Source: Podarcis melisellensis
Lineage: Eukaryota
Assembly (NCBI GenBank): GCA_964234715.1
Contig: OZ174277.1
Direction: 5' to 3' (one strand)
DNA length: 64,000 bases
The notes beneath the pieces were generated by a model. The model searched no databases and was not told the DNA's origin. It saw only the letters and a list, made by a program, of their open reading frames with translations. This document shows, piece after piece, positions 1 through 14,158 of this stretch. Position 1 is the first letter of the stretch; the number at the start of each line of letters is the position of its first letter. The position numbers and the translations under genes were made by a program.

Positions 1-1095
1 GCTTATACTGAATGGTAGATGAGCTAACATCTCTTGTTAAAAGCAGCATGTAATTGACATACAAGCCTGAGCATATCCAGAATCCAGTAATTAATGGATT
101 CTTCAGCTTGTACATTTCTCATGTATATAACAAGACTTGGAATCTAAAATGTGCTGCCAACATCTTAAAAACATGAAAACATCATTATGCTGAAACAGCC
201 TTTTTTTTTACTTGCTTAGGTAGATATTTTGAAGAATAGAGTGGTTTAAGAAAAAAGAACTTTTGACCTTTTCTGTAAATACTGCATTGCGTGCACTTAT
301 GCTTAGAACAAGCTTAGAACAATGGCTTGCCCACCTTGTGTGTTTTTTTTTGGGGGGGGCATTTGCATGACATCTGTTATGACTGACATCTGCTGATTTT
401 AACTTTTACTTGGACCAGAGAAAGAAACTAAATTAGTTTTATACATATATTTTATATAATTGATGTTGTCTGTCCTTTAATAGCTATTTTATTTTCTGGA
501 TAATGATTTTATAGCTAAAGAAGCACTTTAATAAGCTTTCTAAACAAATCTTGCTCAGTTCCCCCAAACCCTAATTGCCATCTCTTCTGTTGTATGAGTC
601 AAAGTACCCTTTTCACTACCTACCACACACATTATACTGCAACTTGTGTAGAGAAGGGAGTCACTGTCTGTCCCCTGTGATCCAAAATTTAACTTCTTTT
701 TTCAGAAGGTACATTAAAACAAATTTCTGGCAGATGTGAAGTTCTCTTGGCATCTTTTGATTATGTCATGGACCAAAGGGACTAAATATCACCTGGGCTA
801 CTCAGAACAATTTTCTGTTTCCTTGCCCTCTCTCCCCTTTTCAGCAGAGAAACTGTATTTAGTTATCTGCCCCATTTGCCACCAATGCAGAGATACGCAT
901 TCTTCCCTGCCCTTCTGGTAGTCTTTGAAAAGTGTGACATCCAGTTAGTGATCAGTTTATGGAACTGCTGCCATGGCAGAAAATCTTGATTGGTTCTGAC
1001 AACTTCAGGAAATTTTGCTTTATTAATTTCTCAGTAAGAGAAATTAGTAAGAGAAGTTGGTATCAGTAAGAGAAGTTGGTCAGGAGAGCTATACT

Positions 1096-1096
<1 letters not shown>

Positions 1097-1136
<40 letters not shown>
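1097..1136. repeat. (TTA)n microsatellite, probably the tail of a decayed retroposon on -
   Basis: About 13 TTA units followed by a 'tttctatgctgcctttctc...ctcaaggcagcttaca' L2/SINE-like 3' end. Confidence 0.85.
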
Positions 1137-4058
1137 TTATTTCTATGCTGCCTTTCTCTTAGATTAGAACTCAAGGCAGCTTACAGATATATCTGCTTCT
1201 AAAACAGTCCAACCTAAAACAGTTATGTAAGAGCCTTTCTACCCTCTCATAGCCTCAATTTTCCACAATATAGTTTTATATAGCTTGAAAGTTTGCTGCA
1301 TCTTTAAAGGGCTGCTTGGCTCAGCAAAAGAGATTGACTTGTTAACTAGGTCTATATTTCTGTGGGACCAGCAGGCTACCAACCAACCCATGGATCTGCC
1401 ACACAGCAGGTGCCCCTGTTTACTCCACATCCATTTCATAGGCTGCGAGGGTGGGAAATGGAGCCATCCCTGCGTGGCACTGTCTACCCGTCATTCTTTT
1501 ACTGTTTATCTTTGCTTCAGATTTTGCATTTCAGCAGCTTTAAAAATTAAAACAAGCATGATGACAATAGGAATGGCAGCTTATCCCAATAACTGCTAGA
1601 AGCAGACTAAATTACATGCACATTAAACTGCAATGTTTGGTTAGAACATTTTTAAACACCATAAACTGTAATGTACAGAGTCTAATGAAGTTCAGTACTT
1701 ACTGCTAAATGGGAGATTCAGGATGCTTTCTCAGCAGTATAAGTCGTAGAAACAACTTCTCTTGAATGTAAAGATCTCTCTTCATTAAAAAAATGCATTG
1801 GGTTTTTTTTTTATTAAACAAAAATAGCTCTCTGATGCTATGACCACAGCAGTCCTGCCCATTCCCTGTCTTAGTACCATCTACTGGAGAATAAAGAACG
1901 ACTTTGTTTAATGAATCTGCCCTGAAGGGGGGGGGGAATACTTTGTTGAAGGAGCACATGCAAAGCTATCATGGAAGAAACACATGTAAACCCTTAATTC
2001 TAAAAATACAATGATTTCTAGATTCTATGATGAACGTTTGACAGTAGTTTAGAAATCAGGAGAAATGTAGAGCAATATGTATTTCAAAAAACATAAACCC
2101 TATATTTTAAAAGCTGCTTTAATTATAAGGAAATGAAACTTCAGAGTGACCTTTACTGCACCTGCAAATCAGAATTTACATTGCAAACAGCCACCACTAC
2201 CCCAAATCCCCCACAATAAGTTTATAATTCCTGCTATTAATTATGGTGCAGAAATCTATTTAAAGTGACAAAGGTATATGGCTGAGTTTTACATACCTGC
2301 TACTAGTAGCTTGTAGCCTTCTCTAGTTCTTTCTGTAATTAGTCACCTTTCCCTAAAGACCAGAAGGCAAAATAAAGTAGTAATGCTGATGAGGCTTTGT
2401 GATTAAATACAGAGCACTGTCGAGGAGATCCTGACAAGTCAGCAAGAGGGAGACTAAAAAGCAAAGAAAGTGGGAAGGGAAACCTGCTGATTGTGCAGCA
2501 AGATAAATATGAGTTCTCCCTATTGTTGTCTGACTCTTCCCAGTGTGTAGAAAAGGAAAAGGCAGTGGTTTGTAGCATGTGATAGTTGACAGCTACATAA
2601 TTTTATCCCTTGCTTCGTTAGTCTTGGAAGTAAATGGGGTTCTACGTTTTCCTCTCAGAACAGTTTTAATGTTGAGTTTTTAAGGCTGATCCATACCACA
2701 GTAATGCAGTTTCACATTTGATTTCTGCAGCCTCTGGTGATTGTGTCTGGGCTTAGTAATGGTTGACCCTGGGCTGCGACAGGGTCTCTGATTGAGCTTT
2801 GGGAGTGAAGCTGCTTGGGAGTGAAGCTTATTGTAGCAACAGGATAAACCCCTTCCTTTCTCCAGCCCAGTATAAGGATAGGGGTTTGTTTCTTTGGTCT
2901 CATGTGCTTTGAAAACACTTGGAAGCTTTTCATGTCTGGAGAGTACTACAATTCTATTAAAACACTTCATTGGGCGTAAGTCTAATTGAACTCGGTGGGA
3001 CTTACACCTGAGTAAACATTCATAGCATTGGGCTGCACATGTATTTGACTTAATGGCATTAAATTTGTTTAAAGCATCGAAATGGATGGCTTACTCAGTG
3101 GACCCCATGGCTGACAGTGGAAATGCACAGCAAAAGTACATGTGGTTGTAACTCATTTATGAAGTTGCTAGACTAATATTCCTTTAAATTGGGGAAACTG
3201 ACCCACAAGATGCTGCTGGACTACAACTCCCACCATCCCTGACCATTGGCTATGCTAATGGAAGTTGGGGTCCACCAAAGCTGGAGGGCCACAGACGCTC
3301 CATCCTTTCTGCAAATAAAGAAATGTCTGTAAAGCAGCAAGGGGATGGAATGGTAAATCATAATTATTTCTCTTTTTATTCCCCTGGTCAGGTAATTAGG
3401 TAGACGTATCCAGGGCCATGATGGGCCAGCAGTTTTTGAAACTCTGCGGGTGGGAGATTCAACAGAGTTGTTGTGGTAGTGGAAATCAGTGCAATGAATC
3501 CCACTAGTGCAATGCAAGTCCACTCCCCCCCCCCAATCTGCTTGAGAAGGTTAGGAGAACCCCCAGAACAGCATGCGGCACTGCACTCCATTGGCTGTTT
3601 TTCCTTAACTCATTTTGTGAACTTGCAATAAGTACTTAAGCTTCAAGAGCAGACAGATTGTTGTATAAATGGGTTTTATTGCATTTCTTTAATGAGCAAT
3701 CCTGGTTTATATAGATAGTGAATTGTAGACTAGTTTAAGCTGCATTTCTAGCCATGCTTAATAGCAAGTAAATATCATTGAAATCCATGGGAACTAATCC
3801 TGAGCAAATGGTAGGTATATGTTCTTTCTCAGGCTCAGGTAAAATGCTCCTACAAGACATTGTGTATTATTTCTCCATAGTTTTTTTCTGTCATGGTGAC
3901 GCTGCTTAGCCTAGGAGAGGGCTAAGTTGACAGAAGTCTCCAACTTTTGTTTAGTTTTATTATTACTACATTTATACCCCACTTTTCTTCTAAAGGAGCT
4001 CAGAGGGGTTCTTGTAGCTAAAGGCTAGTGTGGTAGTTTTTTTAACTGACCTATTTAA

Positions 4059-4113
<55 letters not shown>

Positions 4114-4476
4114 TTATTATTTTTTATTATTATTATTTAGACCCTGCCCATCTGGCTAGGTTTCCCCAGCCACTCTGGGTGGCTTCCAACAAAATATTAA
4201 AATACAATAGTCCTTCATATATTAAAAGCTTCCCTAAACAGGGCTCTCTTCAGATGTCTCCTAAAAGTCTGGTAGTTATTTTTCCTTTGATATCTGGTGG
4301 GAGGGTGTTCCACAGTGCAGGCATCACTACCGAGAAGGCCCTCTGCCTGGTTCCCTTTAACCTCACTTCTCGCAATGAGGGAACCACCAGAAGGCCCTCA
4401 GCGCTGGACCTCTGTGTCCGGGCTGAACAATGGGGGTGGAGACGCTCCTTCAGGTACACTGGGCCTAGGCCATATA
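4059..4476 (-). mobile_element. 5'-truncated L2-clade LINE 3' end with (AAT)n tail
   Basis: Minus frame YGLGPVYLKERL...TRQRAFSVVMPALWNTLP is the typical L2 ORF2 C-terminus; (TTA)n tail at 4059-4137. Confidence 0.85.
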
Positions 4477-6246
4477 GTTTTAGCACTGACCTTGTATGGC
4501 ATTTACAGAATTTTCCATAACAAATGAAGCAGGTATCTGCTCTGAAAAGTCTATACTGTAGTATAAAACTTTCTAAATGTCAAGAGACATATGGGAGAAG
4601 CAAGGATAATGAAACATACCTGTATGCATATACTTATCCTTGACGAAAATGCAGGCTTCAGTTTTGCTTGAAAGGTGGGAAAGAATGTAGACTGAATAAT
4701 ATAGATTGGTGGTGCCATATTTACGAGTTTGCATTGTACATTTACTAAAAATAAAAAACCAATAAATAAATGTAGATGTTTCTGTTTGGGCAAACAATTC
4801 CAATAGAAGGGGCAACAAGCTTTGGCAACAGAAGTGACAGAATTGTTTGGGGGCTGGGGTGTAGGTCCGCCTCAGTGAGATGAGCTAGTATTTTCTCTTA
4901 GCTGTAATTTTATGTTTTACAAAAAACATTTGCAAAATAAGGTGAAGGTGGTATGATTATCAGCAGTTTTAAAATATGCTTGTGTGTACCTTGTTAGATT
5001 TTGAAATTCAGCCTGCTAGTATGCACAACGAAGAAATAGGATATAATGTTAGTAATTTCAAAGCATCCAATCAGAAGGGAACAGCATTTTCTATAACCGT
5101 TCCCATAGTAACAAAGCAGCTTTCCTAGTATTCTAAGAGCCCAAGCCTATAATGAAGTAATGAGAATTGCTTTGTATTTCCATGGAAAGAAAACATTCTA
5201 ATGTACTTTATTTCTGTATATCTTAGTTTCAATTTGAACCTAACCTGTATGATATTATCCAAAATATTTATTTATATGGGATTCCACTTCTGCAAGTGGG
5301 AAGTCTTTTGCTCGTGGAATGACTGTTTCTGACCTAGTGGAAGAGGGCTGTGTGGGGACAAGAACCTCCAAGTCCAGAGTTGTTCTTCTCATGCAATATT
5401 TTTGCACATGCTCCTTTTAAAAGCCAGTAGAATTCTTAACTGCTATCTCCTGTATTGCCCTTATTCATAGGGTTTCACCTACTGCAACATAACCAATGAA
5501 TCATTTGTGGTACTGCATTGCAAGACATATCCTGCTATTGATTACACAATTATTCACACAAGTCATTGTTTGTTTTGGTTCCGAGTCAAAAACTTTGTTT
5601 TGGTACCATAGAATCTTCCAAAGACACACACAGAAACTGTATTGTCTTTCAGGACTGATCTTACAAGGCTCCTTCACAAAGTGTAGTTTGAGGGGCAAAA
5701 GTGCTCATAAACATTTTGCTTTACCTGTGAAAGGGGACCAGTTTGAGTTTCCTAAGAATGCCTATCCATGAACTGTCACCATATATGAAAATAGGACAGG
5801 GGTAGCCAAGGTGATACTCTGCAGAAGTTGCTGGAATGCAGCTCCCATCATCCATGACTATTGTAGTACGAGGATGACTTTGGCAATTACTAGTTTTTAT
5901 GTTGATGTGAATTTGGGGTAGATTTGTTCAAGGTAAATGCAATTATTCCAGGTTTTTCCTTACAGGACTTTGAATCCAAACTGCAGTGTAGAGCCCTTAT
6001 AGAAGGAATCAAAATAGCCAACAGGATATTCTGTACATTCAGCAGCAGCTCTTAATTGTGTTTTTCTAATTACCTGACATCATAATTTGCATCCTGCTAC
6101 AGGAACTAGGGTGGGCACCCGGCTTGAATTTTTTCAGAATGATAACCATTTTGTCTTGTTATTTGGCAGTTTAATTGGGCTAACAACTTTTTCGAATGTT
6201 TATTATTTGTACTGTAACTTTTCATTAGGCTCATATACTTTCTTAG

Positions 6247-6402
<156 letters not shown>

Positions 6403-6719
6403 TAAGAGATCTTTTCCCTACATACATTTTAAAAAAATCTTCAGAATGGTATTCTTAATACAATGGCTATGCAAAGTAATTTCACTCATGGGAATCTTTA
6501 GTTGGTGACAGAAGGCAGCATGGTGTGTGAAATAGCCAGCATAGACCAAATTCCTCAGAAAGAGCTCTTGCATCTCATATTATCTATAGGAGGACTTGGG
6601 AACCATTTTCTCCTCCTTGGGCCAGATCCTTATCTCCCCAGCCATAAGAAGGCCAAATGTAACATGTAGCTGGGGCCACCCACCTGTCAATCACTTGATG
6701 TCCTAGTGAGGTCAAGTGA

Positions 6720-7644
6720 TGTTGTAGCCTTATTGGAGTTCACTGATTGGGTCTGCGTTGCTCCGGGACAGGAGGAAGAAAGTCAAATGACACCGAGGTT
6801 GATTCAGAGAGTGAGTTTATTCTGCTCTCCGGATAGCAGAAGGCACTTGCGTGATCAAGTCCACAGCAAGTCCAAAGAAATAACAAGTTTCATGCAGTAT
6901 ATATAATCCTCCAGGCACCCTCTCCCTCCTTCCCATATAAATCCAACCATGTCAGCCTATGTACACAGGTTGACATCACATATGTTCTTGCTCTGGTATT
7001 CATAACCATAAAAGGGAATTCCTTCCTGTACTTCTGACCATAAAAGGATCTTCCTCTTCCTACTCTTATCTTGGAGGAAGAGGTCGTCATCCCCGAGAAC
7101 ACGCTTTTGGCTTTGTTCCCGGACTGGGTCTGTGGTCTTTGTGGTCACGACATAAGATAAGGTACAGACGCATCATCCCTGCTCTACTGGAACTTGGCAA
7201 GGTCACTCATTGCCGTCACTGACTGATAAGGGAGTTAGCTTTGAGCACAGGCAGGGGTTTTGTTTATACGTTGACTCAGAACTCAAGTTAATGGATTTTA
7301 GCTAAGGAAAAATAGGGATTTTGGTGCAGTTTCAAACTGCCTGCACAGTCAGTTTTGGGTTTTGGGAAACCCATTCCTTCAATGTTGTGCTTTGCAGCCC
7401 CACTTGTGGGAAATTCAAAGCACAATGCTGGGCTGTTTGAGAGTCCTTTGGTATTAACTTTTCGCTTTACTGAAGGAGGTCTTCTCCCTTCCATGCTGCT
7501 CCTTAAACCTCCAGTTTCCATTGAAGGCTGGTTGTTCCTTTGCTGGAGCAAGGTATGCACCCAGTCGGGAGTTCATCTTAAGCTGCTGATCATTCCTTTG
7601 AAGTCCCACCATTACAGACCCTGCTTGTCATCCCATGTTATGTC
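6720..7644 (-). mobile_element. Probable solo LTR in the last TFB1M intron (right boundary uncertain)
   Basis: Starts TG at 6720; minus-strand AATAAA (6816-6821) lies about 80 nt downstream of a TATA-like run (6898-6905); possible CA end at 7644; no clean TSD. Confidence 0.45.
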
Positions 7645-8820
7645 AGGTGTCAGGTGTGAATCAGTGAGCTTTTCATGACCAGTGGATCACAAGTGGATAT
7701 AAATCTCAATTATTTTGACGGTAAAATATGTGTGTATTTACCTTTTAAATAAATAAACATCATAAATTTTATTATTGGGTAAGGGAACATGAAACAAAGT
7801 AAATGTCTTCAGATATGTCTCTGAGAATAAACAGTGACAATCACACACACACTCACTCACTGCCCATGCCACTCTATAGGCCTACAACGAGAGAGAGAAA
7901 TTATCCAGGCCTAGTTCCTTTCTATTAACTAGCATCTACTTCACAATCCAGACCATAGTACACCAAGCAAAAATGAGACCAGACAGTTAACGCCCGCTGA
8001 CAAGTAGTGGCCATAGTTGTGATGAAAAGGTTTACAGGAATCAGAGCATGCAAGCCACTCCTTTTAATGCAAGCATATGGAACCTGCTGCTGGGCTGCAA
8101 TTTGGATTGGCTGGGGATGATGGGCATTGGAGTGCAAGAATATATGGATTGCCACTGGCTCCCCAACGTTGCTTTAAATGCCAGGACACAACCCCATCTT
8201 GTCACCGCACCTCTATGCCCTACAATCAGCAGATGAGGCCTTGGTGCCTGTTTATTATCTGAAACTTAATTGGGATAAAGGGTGAGACTTTCTTTGTAGC
8301 ATCACCCCTCCTTAAGGAACTGGGAGGGGGAATTTTCATTATGGTAGAAATTTTAACAGTGTGGCCTGACTTTTAAAGTGAACTGATCTGCTGCTTGCTG
8401 AAAACTAAACTTGTGATACTTTAGTGCTGCTGTTTCCATGTTGACTTGTAAGACAAAATAAAGACATCTTTGGTTTATGGTTAGGATGTCAATGCAAGCT
8501 TGAGCTCTGTGGCTTTTCATTTTAGAACTAAAGCTTTCCATAGAGAATGGCAGTGTTCGGGAAGAGAAAGTAAAATTTCTAAGTGATGTGCAGAGAAGGC
8601 AAAAAATTGGATAAGGAAAGCCAACCACTGAGTGAGGGGGCAGAGTACAGGAGATAGAGAAAAGATTGAGCAGCATAAGATGGTTCCATTGGGGTGTGGT
8701 GTGGTAGACCAGCAATGTGGGGTAACTGCACCTAGTGCAGGCAACTATTCTTATCATGGATTGGTCAGGTATTTTTATTGAAGCGGGTCACTGTTTCTGA
8801 TGGTTAAAAAACCTGAATAA

Positions 8821-9120
<300 letters not shown>

Positions 9121-9520
9121 CTCATTCTAGAAAAGTAACCATGTGTGTTTCTGTCGAGTGGAATGAAATACATTCTAAGTTGGAATGTTAAGCCTTTTTG
9201 AACTAAGGTATGTGAATTTCATTGAAGAGAGAACAGTATAAAAAACAAAGCACACCAATTGCATTTAGCATTTTACTGTACAAGCTTGTAGAGAAAAATG
9301 AAAAATACAGTAAGATTACAGTACAGGCTTTTTTATATTTACATATATATAAAAATCAAGTATAAACATCTTAGTGCAGGACTTTAATTTTTCTAAGATG
9401 AATTTAAAAATATTTTTTGCTTTAAATGCCCCGAATTAAAGTTGCTTGAGCTTTCTCAAAAGAACATAGGTATTGACAAGAGTTCATTCCCTTTTCAAAA
9501 ATTTAAAAACATCTCTTAAT

Positions 9521-9526
9521 TTTATT
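9521..9526 (-). terminator. Candidate TIAM2 poly(A) signal AATAAA
   Basis: TTTATT on + about 200 nt past the TIAM2 stop; usage not demonstrated. Confidence 0.4.
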
Positions 9527-9583
9527 TAAATGAGATTACACTGCCCTGAATCGTAAACAGCTCAATCTAAATTTCTGTTCCAC

Positions 9584-9589
9584 AATAAA
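9584..9589 (+). terminator. Candidate TFB1M poly(A) signal AATAAA (ATTAAA also at 9435-9440)
   Basis: First canonical AATAAA I found on + downstream of the TFB1M stop; usage not demonstrated. Confidence 0.4.
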
Positions 9590-9725
9590 TTAAAATAACT
9601 TAAGCCTTTACAACTACTTCTGTGGAAAACACAGTAGTGCATTAAACTGAATAGTTTCTCAAGTTACAATAATCACCCTTTTTAAAGTATGTAAATCTGT
9701 ATGTGGTGATGCTGGAATCAGGCAG

Positions 9726-10366
9726 CTAGGACTTTCCATGCCTGTCTACTGTTTCATAAAAGCAGTCCTCATTAACCACTGAAGTTAAACTTTGTACACT
9801 AAATTCTCTTTCTAAAATAGAGTTCAGGTCAAAACTTGCAGCGTCTGGATGGCTATCAAGAGACTGGTGCCGTTCTTGCATTGCCAGTAATGTTCCTTTG
9901 TCACGTCTTGTGCTGTTCACTTTCCGTTTAATAGGGCAAAAGTGCGCCCTGACTAGTTTAGGGTGATCACCCACCCTCCGCCCTTCTCCATACTCACTCT
10001 CAGAAGAATACTTATCCTCTGTATCATCACTAGGATTCTCAGAAATCTTCAGCCGCTGGAACTGAATTTCTATGTCTTTTGTGGGACTCCCTTTCTTTAG
10101 AATCTGCTGGTAGTCATCCTCGTCATCACTTAAAATGTCAGATTCTTTGACAGGACTGTTTGAAAAATCTGATGCAGAGTTTTGGAGATGTTTCACGGGG
10201 GACAAAGTTTTAGATTCCAGGATGCTATCGGTGGTATGGCAACTGCTACTTGGAGTACTGCTACTCAGGCTGCATTCATCAGAATCCAATTCATTTACTT
10301 TGCCTGCTTCAGTGTTCCATTCATTACTGGGAGAGTTCTTCATTAACTTTAATGATCTTGAGGAAG
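9726..10366 (-). CDS. TIAM2: TIAM2 last coding exon (C-terminal tail)
   Basis: accctggcag|CT TCC; (A)SSRSLKLMKN...KESDILSDDEDD...SPTKDIEIQFQRLKISE...LEREFSVQSLTSVVNEDCFYETVDRHGKS*; the ORF-track portion above 10366 is intronic. Confidence 0.97.
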
Positions 10367-11887
10367 CTGCCAGGGTAAAAACACATGCTAAATTCCTATA
10401 CTCAACAACTCTGGCAAGCATATCAATAAGAGTTACATAGTTTTACAATTATGTTTCAGTATGAAGTGACATTTTAAACTACTTTCGTTATATCATGGGG
10501 GAGATATTTTAAGTTGTGAAGTGTGGCTTTCTTCAAACAAACAAAAACTCTGAACTCAGATTGGCTCTGTGGGCTCCTAGATAAATCAGCCATACTCCAT
10601 GTGGACTAACTGTGTAAAAATGGCAATGTTAAGCTGCCTCTTAGTAGCACTAGGAAGGAACAGGGTTCAGTGCTTCCTGCCTAGTCACTGTGGAAGCCTG
10701 TCAATAAAATAGACCACCACTATTCCCCCTGCCCCCCCCCGAAAAAAGACTCCTACAAAGACAAGTTTGTAAGGTTCAAGTACTGAGTAAGGATCTTTGC
10801 ATGAAGCTGGAGGGACTGGTGAAATGAACAAGTTCTGCTTATGCCGAAGATAAGGAACCACTCATTCCTGTGCTATGCTTCAACCTTACCTCAACTGCTC
10901 TGAGGATAAGCCTCTATGGCAGTCTCAGCTCTTCAGTCAAAGGCTAAGTAAGTTTATGAGAAAGTAATTTCAAGCAGTCAGTGTAGAGGAAATACTTCTA
11001 TTTTGAAGGTTGCTCAGACTTTGTGTGTGGAAGAATATCCTACTTTGTTAATCACAAAGTTGATGTGTATTGTTACAATTTCTAAACCATCTTTTATCTG
11101 AGGATCACAGGACAGTTTACAATATAAAAACACATACCGTAGTAACAAATAAAAGCATACCCTTCCGAAGTTTTAAAAGGCCATATATTTTTTAATTAGC
11201 AAAAGGCCTGGGAGAAGAGAAATGTTTTTGCCTGGTGCCTAAAGATACGTAAGAAAGGTTTTATATTGTTGTAAACCACTGTGATATATTTTTATGATTA
11301 AGTGGTATATAAACATTAAATAAATAAATAACCCAAATTATGCCCCCCCATCCTCTTGCTTTGTTTACTATCCGGTCTGATTAAATGTTCGGGAACACTT
11401 GAAAGCTTGCATGCTGTTTTGTGACATTTCAGTTGACCTAGTAAGGTGGTAGTTCTAAGGCAGATTCTGGCTCTCCCCCTCCCCCCTTATAATCCAACAC
11501 AACTGACTTTTAGTTTAAGCAAAATTAATGTTCTCCCACGCTTGTACATGTTTTTTTACTATTAAATTTATGTCTCAAAAGCAAAAAAAACAACAACCCC
11601 AAACCAACCTAGAATCAGACAGGTATTTAAAAACATCAACTTCTATGCTTTGCAAATTTTTTGTTCTTCCTACCTTTTTCAACTGCAAGATGATGCAATA
11701 ACGCCTACTAAATATACAGTTGCACAACTAGTAATTTTCAACAAAGTGCAGTACAAACAGAATAAGTTTAGTTACTGTAATCTTTGTTTCCTCTCCAGCA
11801 ATACTACAGATAAGTGTTTGAACATGCTTGGATAGTATTACTACAAACTAGTATGAGTTTAAATTTTGACAAAAAATACATTCTTAC

Positions 11888-12042
11888 CCAATTTTGCTGA
11901 AACAGGAATTCGATTTTTATGCAGAACTAGGCGGCTTTTACATGTTTTCTCCAATGGTGAGTCACACTTTATTTGACGCCTTAAGTTTTCTCTTAGAATT
12001 GAACGAATCACTTTGACTATATTGGTCTTGCTTTCACAGTCA
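11888..12042 (-). CDS. TIAM2: TIAM2 exon (end of C-terminal PH domain)
   Basis: ttttgcag|T...TTG G|gtaaga; 155 nt; DCESKTNIVKVIRSILRENLRRQIKCDSPLEKTCKSRLVLHKNRIPVSAKL. Confidence 0.95.
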
Positions 12043-12497
12043 CTGCAAAATTCAAGAAAAGTGTAGTTAGGTTTTAGATAATACAAACACATATGATTTG
12101 GCTTTGTCTTCGTAAGTTGAAGGAGCAATTTGGAAACCTTAATTGTTCACAGATGGAACAGTTAAGTGGCTGGAGAATCAGCATGAATGTGCGATTCCTC
12201 ATGGGGTCTGCATAAAGTTCTGTGCTTACACAGTTCAGTTCTAGAGCTTTTGGAGTTGGCAGAGCATATCCATAGGGAGATGATTGGCCTTGCTGCATGA
12301 GCAACAACATAAAATATCTTTCACCTGAGGTTTCTTTAATACCGCTGCCATTAAACAAGTAAAATTCAGTATGCTGTGATTAATTCCAAAGGATATCTAA
12401 TGGCCCAAATTATGCATATTATATAGAGGGTGTTATGTAGGGTGGGAATGAAAGGAGAAAAGACTATTTGGAGGGGAAAGTGAACCCACAATTGTAC

Positions 12498-12585
12498 CTG
12501 CTACATAGCTGGAAGGTTGTTTCAGGTCTTCCTTCCAATTCTGACTTGGTATGAATCAATTCCCAAATGCAATTGTTTTCTGTTC
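12498..12585 (-). CDS. TIAM2: TIAM2 exon (PH2)
   Basis: catgcag|GA...AG|gtacaa; 88 nt; (G)TENNCIWELIHTKSELEGRPETTFQLCS(S). Confidence 0.95.
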
Positions 12586-13568
12586 CTGCATGTGGAAAGA
12601 AAGACATGTTATTGTAAATATTTCATGATGTCTACAAGTCTGTTGCCAAACAATTTTCATGGAAAGACTTATGAGACCACAGGGAAAACTTCAAGATCCT
12701 TCAAGACATAGTGCCCCTCGCCTATTACTATTGTGTTTTATATTCTAGATATTTATGTTTTCCCCACCACCACCACTGTTTTACCAAATAAAGATGCTAT
12801 CACTCTCCCTCTGTATGCTGGTACGCAGCAGGTAAGCTGTGCAGCCCTACCATGACATACACTATTGATATGGATTATTGGGAAGAAAAATCAGGTTTCC
12901 CCCTTATTTGCAGTTGTGTCATTAACTGTATCCAACATCGCATTAGAGACTCTACCCACACTGTTTGCTTAACAGCAAAGTAAGTTCATCACCCAACACA
13001 GGACAGCTTTTTGTCATTTATCTTCTGCTAAATTAAAAAATCTTAATCTCAGATTCACAGTTACTGAATAAATATGTTTTTTATTGGTAAATAACAAGAT
13101 ACTTGGCAAATGATGTTAAACACACTGCCTGATGTAAATAGGCACTACATTATTGACAATTATAATAAACACTGAATTCTTTCACAAGTGTCCTTCAACC
13201 ATGGCGACAACAAAATCTCTAGCTAAGGCCAAGTTATAAACCATCCTCCTGCATTAACATTACTTTTGCCGTCACATCAGCAGGGAATAAACCACAGTTA
13301 ATTACAGGTTCCTATTTTGTCTGAATTAGGAAACTATTGTTGGTTCCAAACAGCAGGCTATGAAGCCTTAATATATTGTCTTGTTTGGAAAACATGAACC
13401 TAGTTTACATATCATTGTTTCAATGTGACCATTTTCTTCTGTTGTTTAGCTTTACTCCATATGTTAAGATTTGAAGTAATAAAAGTACTGAACACATTCA
13501 TTGGTGACAAACATCAAAAAACAATAAAAATGTTAAATAAAAAATGTATTATCTATAGATAAGGTCAC

Positions 13569-13674
13569 CTGCTGTATTGCCCAGTCGGACTTGAAGCGCA
13601 GATAAAGGAATCAGCCAACGAAATTTAAATAAGTCCAAATCATTATGATTATGCGTAGTACGGACATTTGTTGC
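13569..13674 (-). CDS. TIAM2: TIAM2 exon (PH2)
   Basis: tttacag|GCA...G|gtgacc; 106 nt; ATNVRTTHNHNDLDLFKFRWLIPLSALQVRLGNTA. Confidence 0.95.
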
Positions 13675-14099
13675 CTGTAAATAAAAAGTACTGAATCAGT
13701 TTAAGTGCCATTGCCTTTTAAAGAATTAATTAAAGCTTCATTCCTAGAAGACAGAATTATGCTTCTGGGGGAGGGGGGAGTTTGAATCAGGGATCATGTA
13801 AGCGAGTGACTTTTTGACATCACCCCATTTGGATGTGATGGGTAAGAAGGCAAAACAAACAAAAATCTCCCCCACCCCTTCCTAAAATGGAAAGGTTCCC
13901 CTGGATCACAGTCCCTTGTGATTCTAGATTTTTTTCACCTATTTCTAATCTACTTTATCTAGAAAAATTATCTAAGTAATGTATGAAACATTCCATGCAT
14001 ATTCCGCACGTATACCTTGAAACATTTTGTATTGTAAATCAGAACAATAATACACAATGCATCTTAGGTAGTCTTATTTTTTGACTAAGAAAAACTTAC

Positions 14100-14158
14100 C
14101 AGTTTCTTTTTCAGTTTGCAGTTCTCTTTATATACTAAGATGACAGCTCTTTTGAATG
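14100..14158 (-). CDS. TIAM2: TIAM2 exon (PH2)
   Basis: ttcttag|CA...CTG|gtaagt; 59 nt; (A)FKRAVILVYKENCKLKKKL. Confidence 0.95.

Noticed and set aside
10135-10440. 101-aa plus ORF; similarly 51273-51608 and 17190-17474
   Set aside because: Antisense shadows of TIAM2 exons
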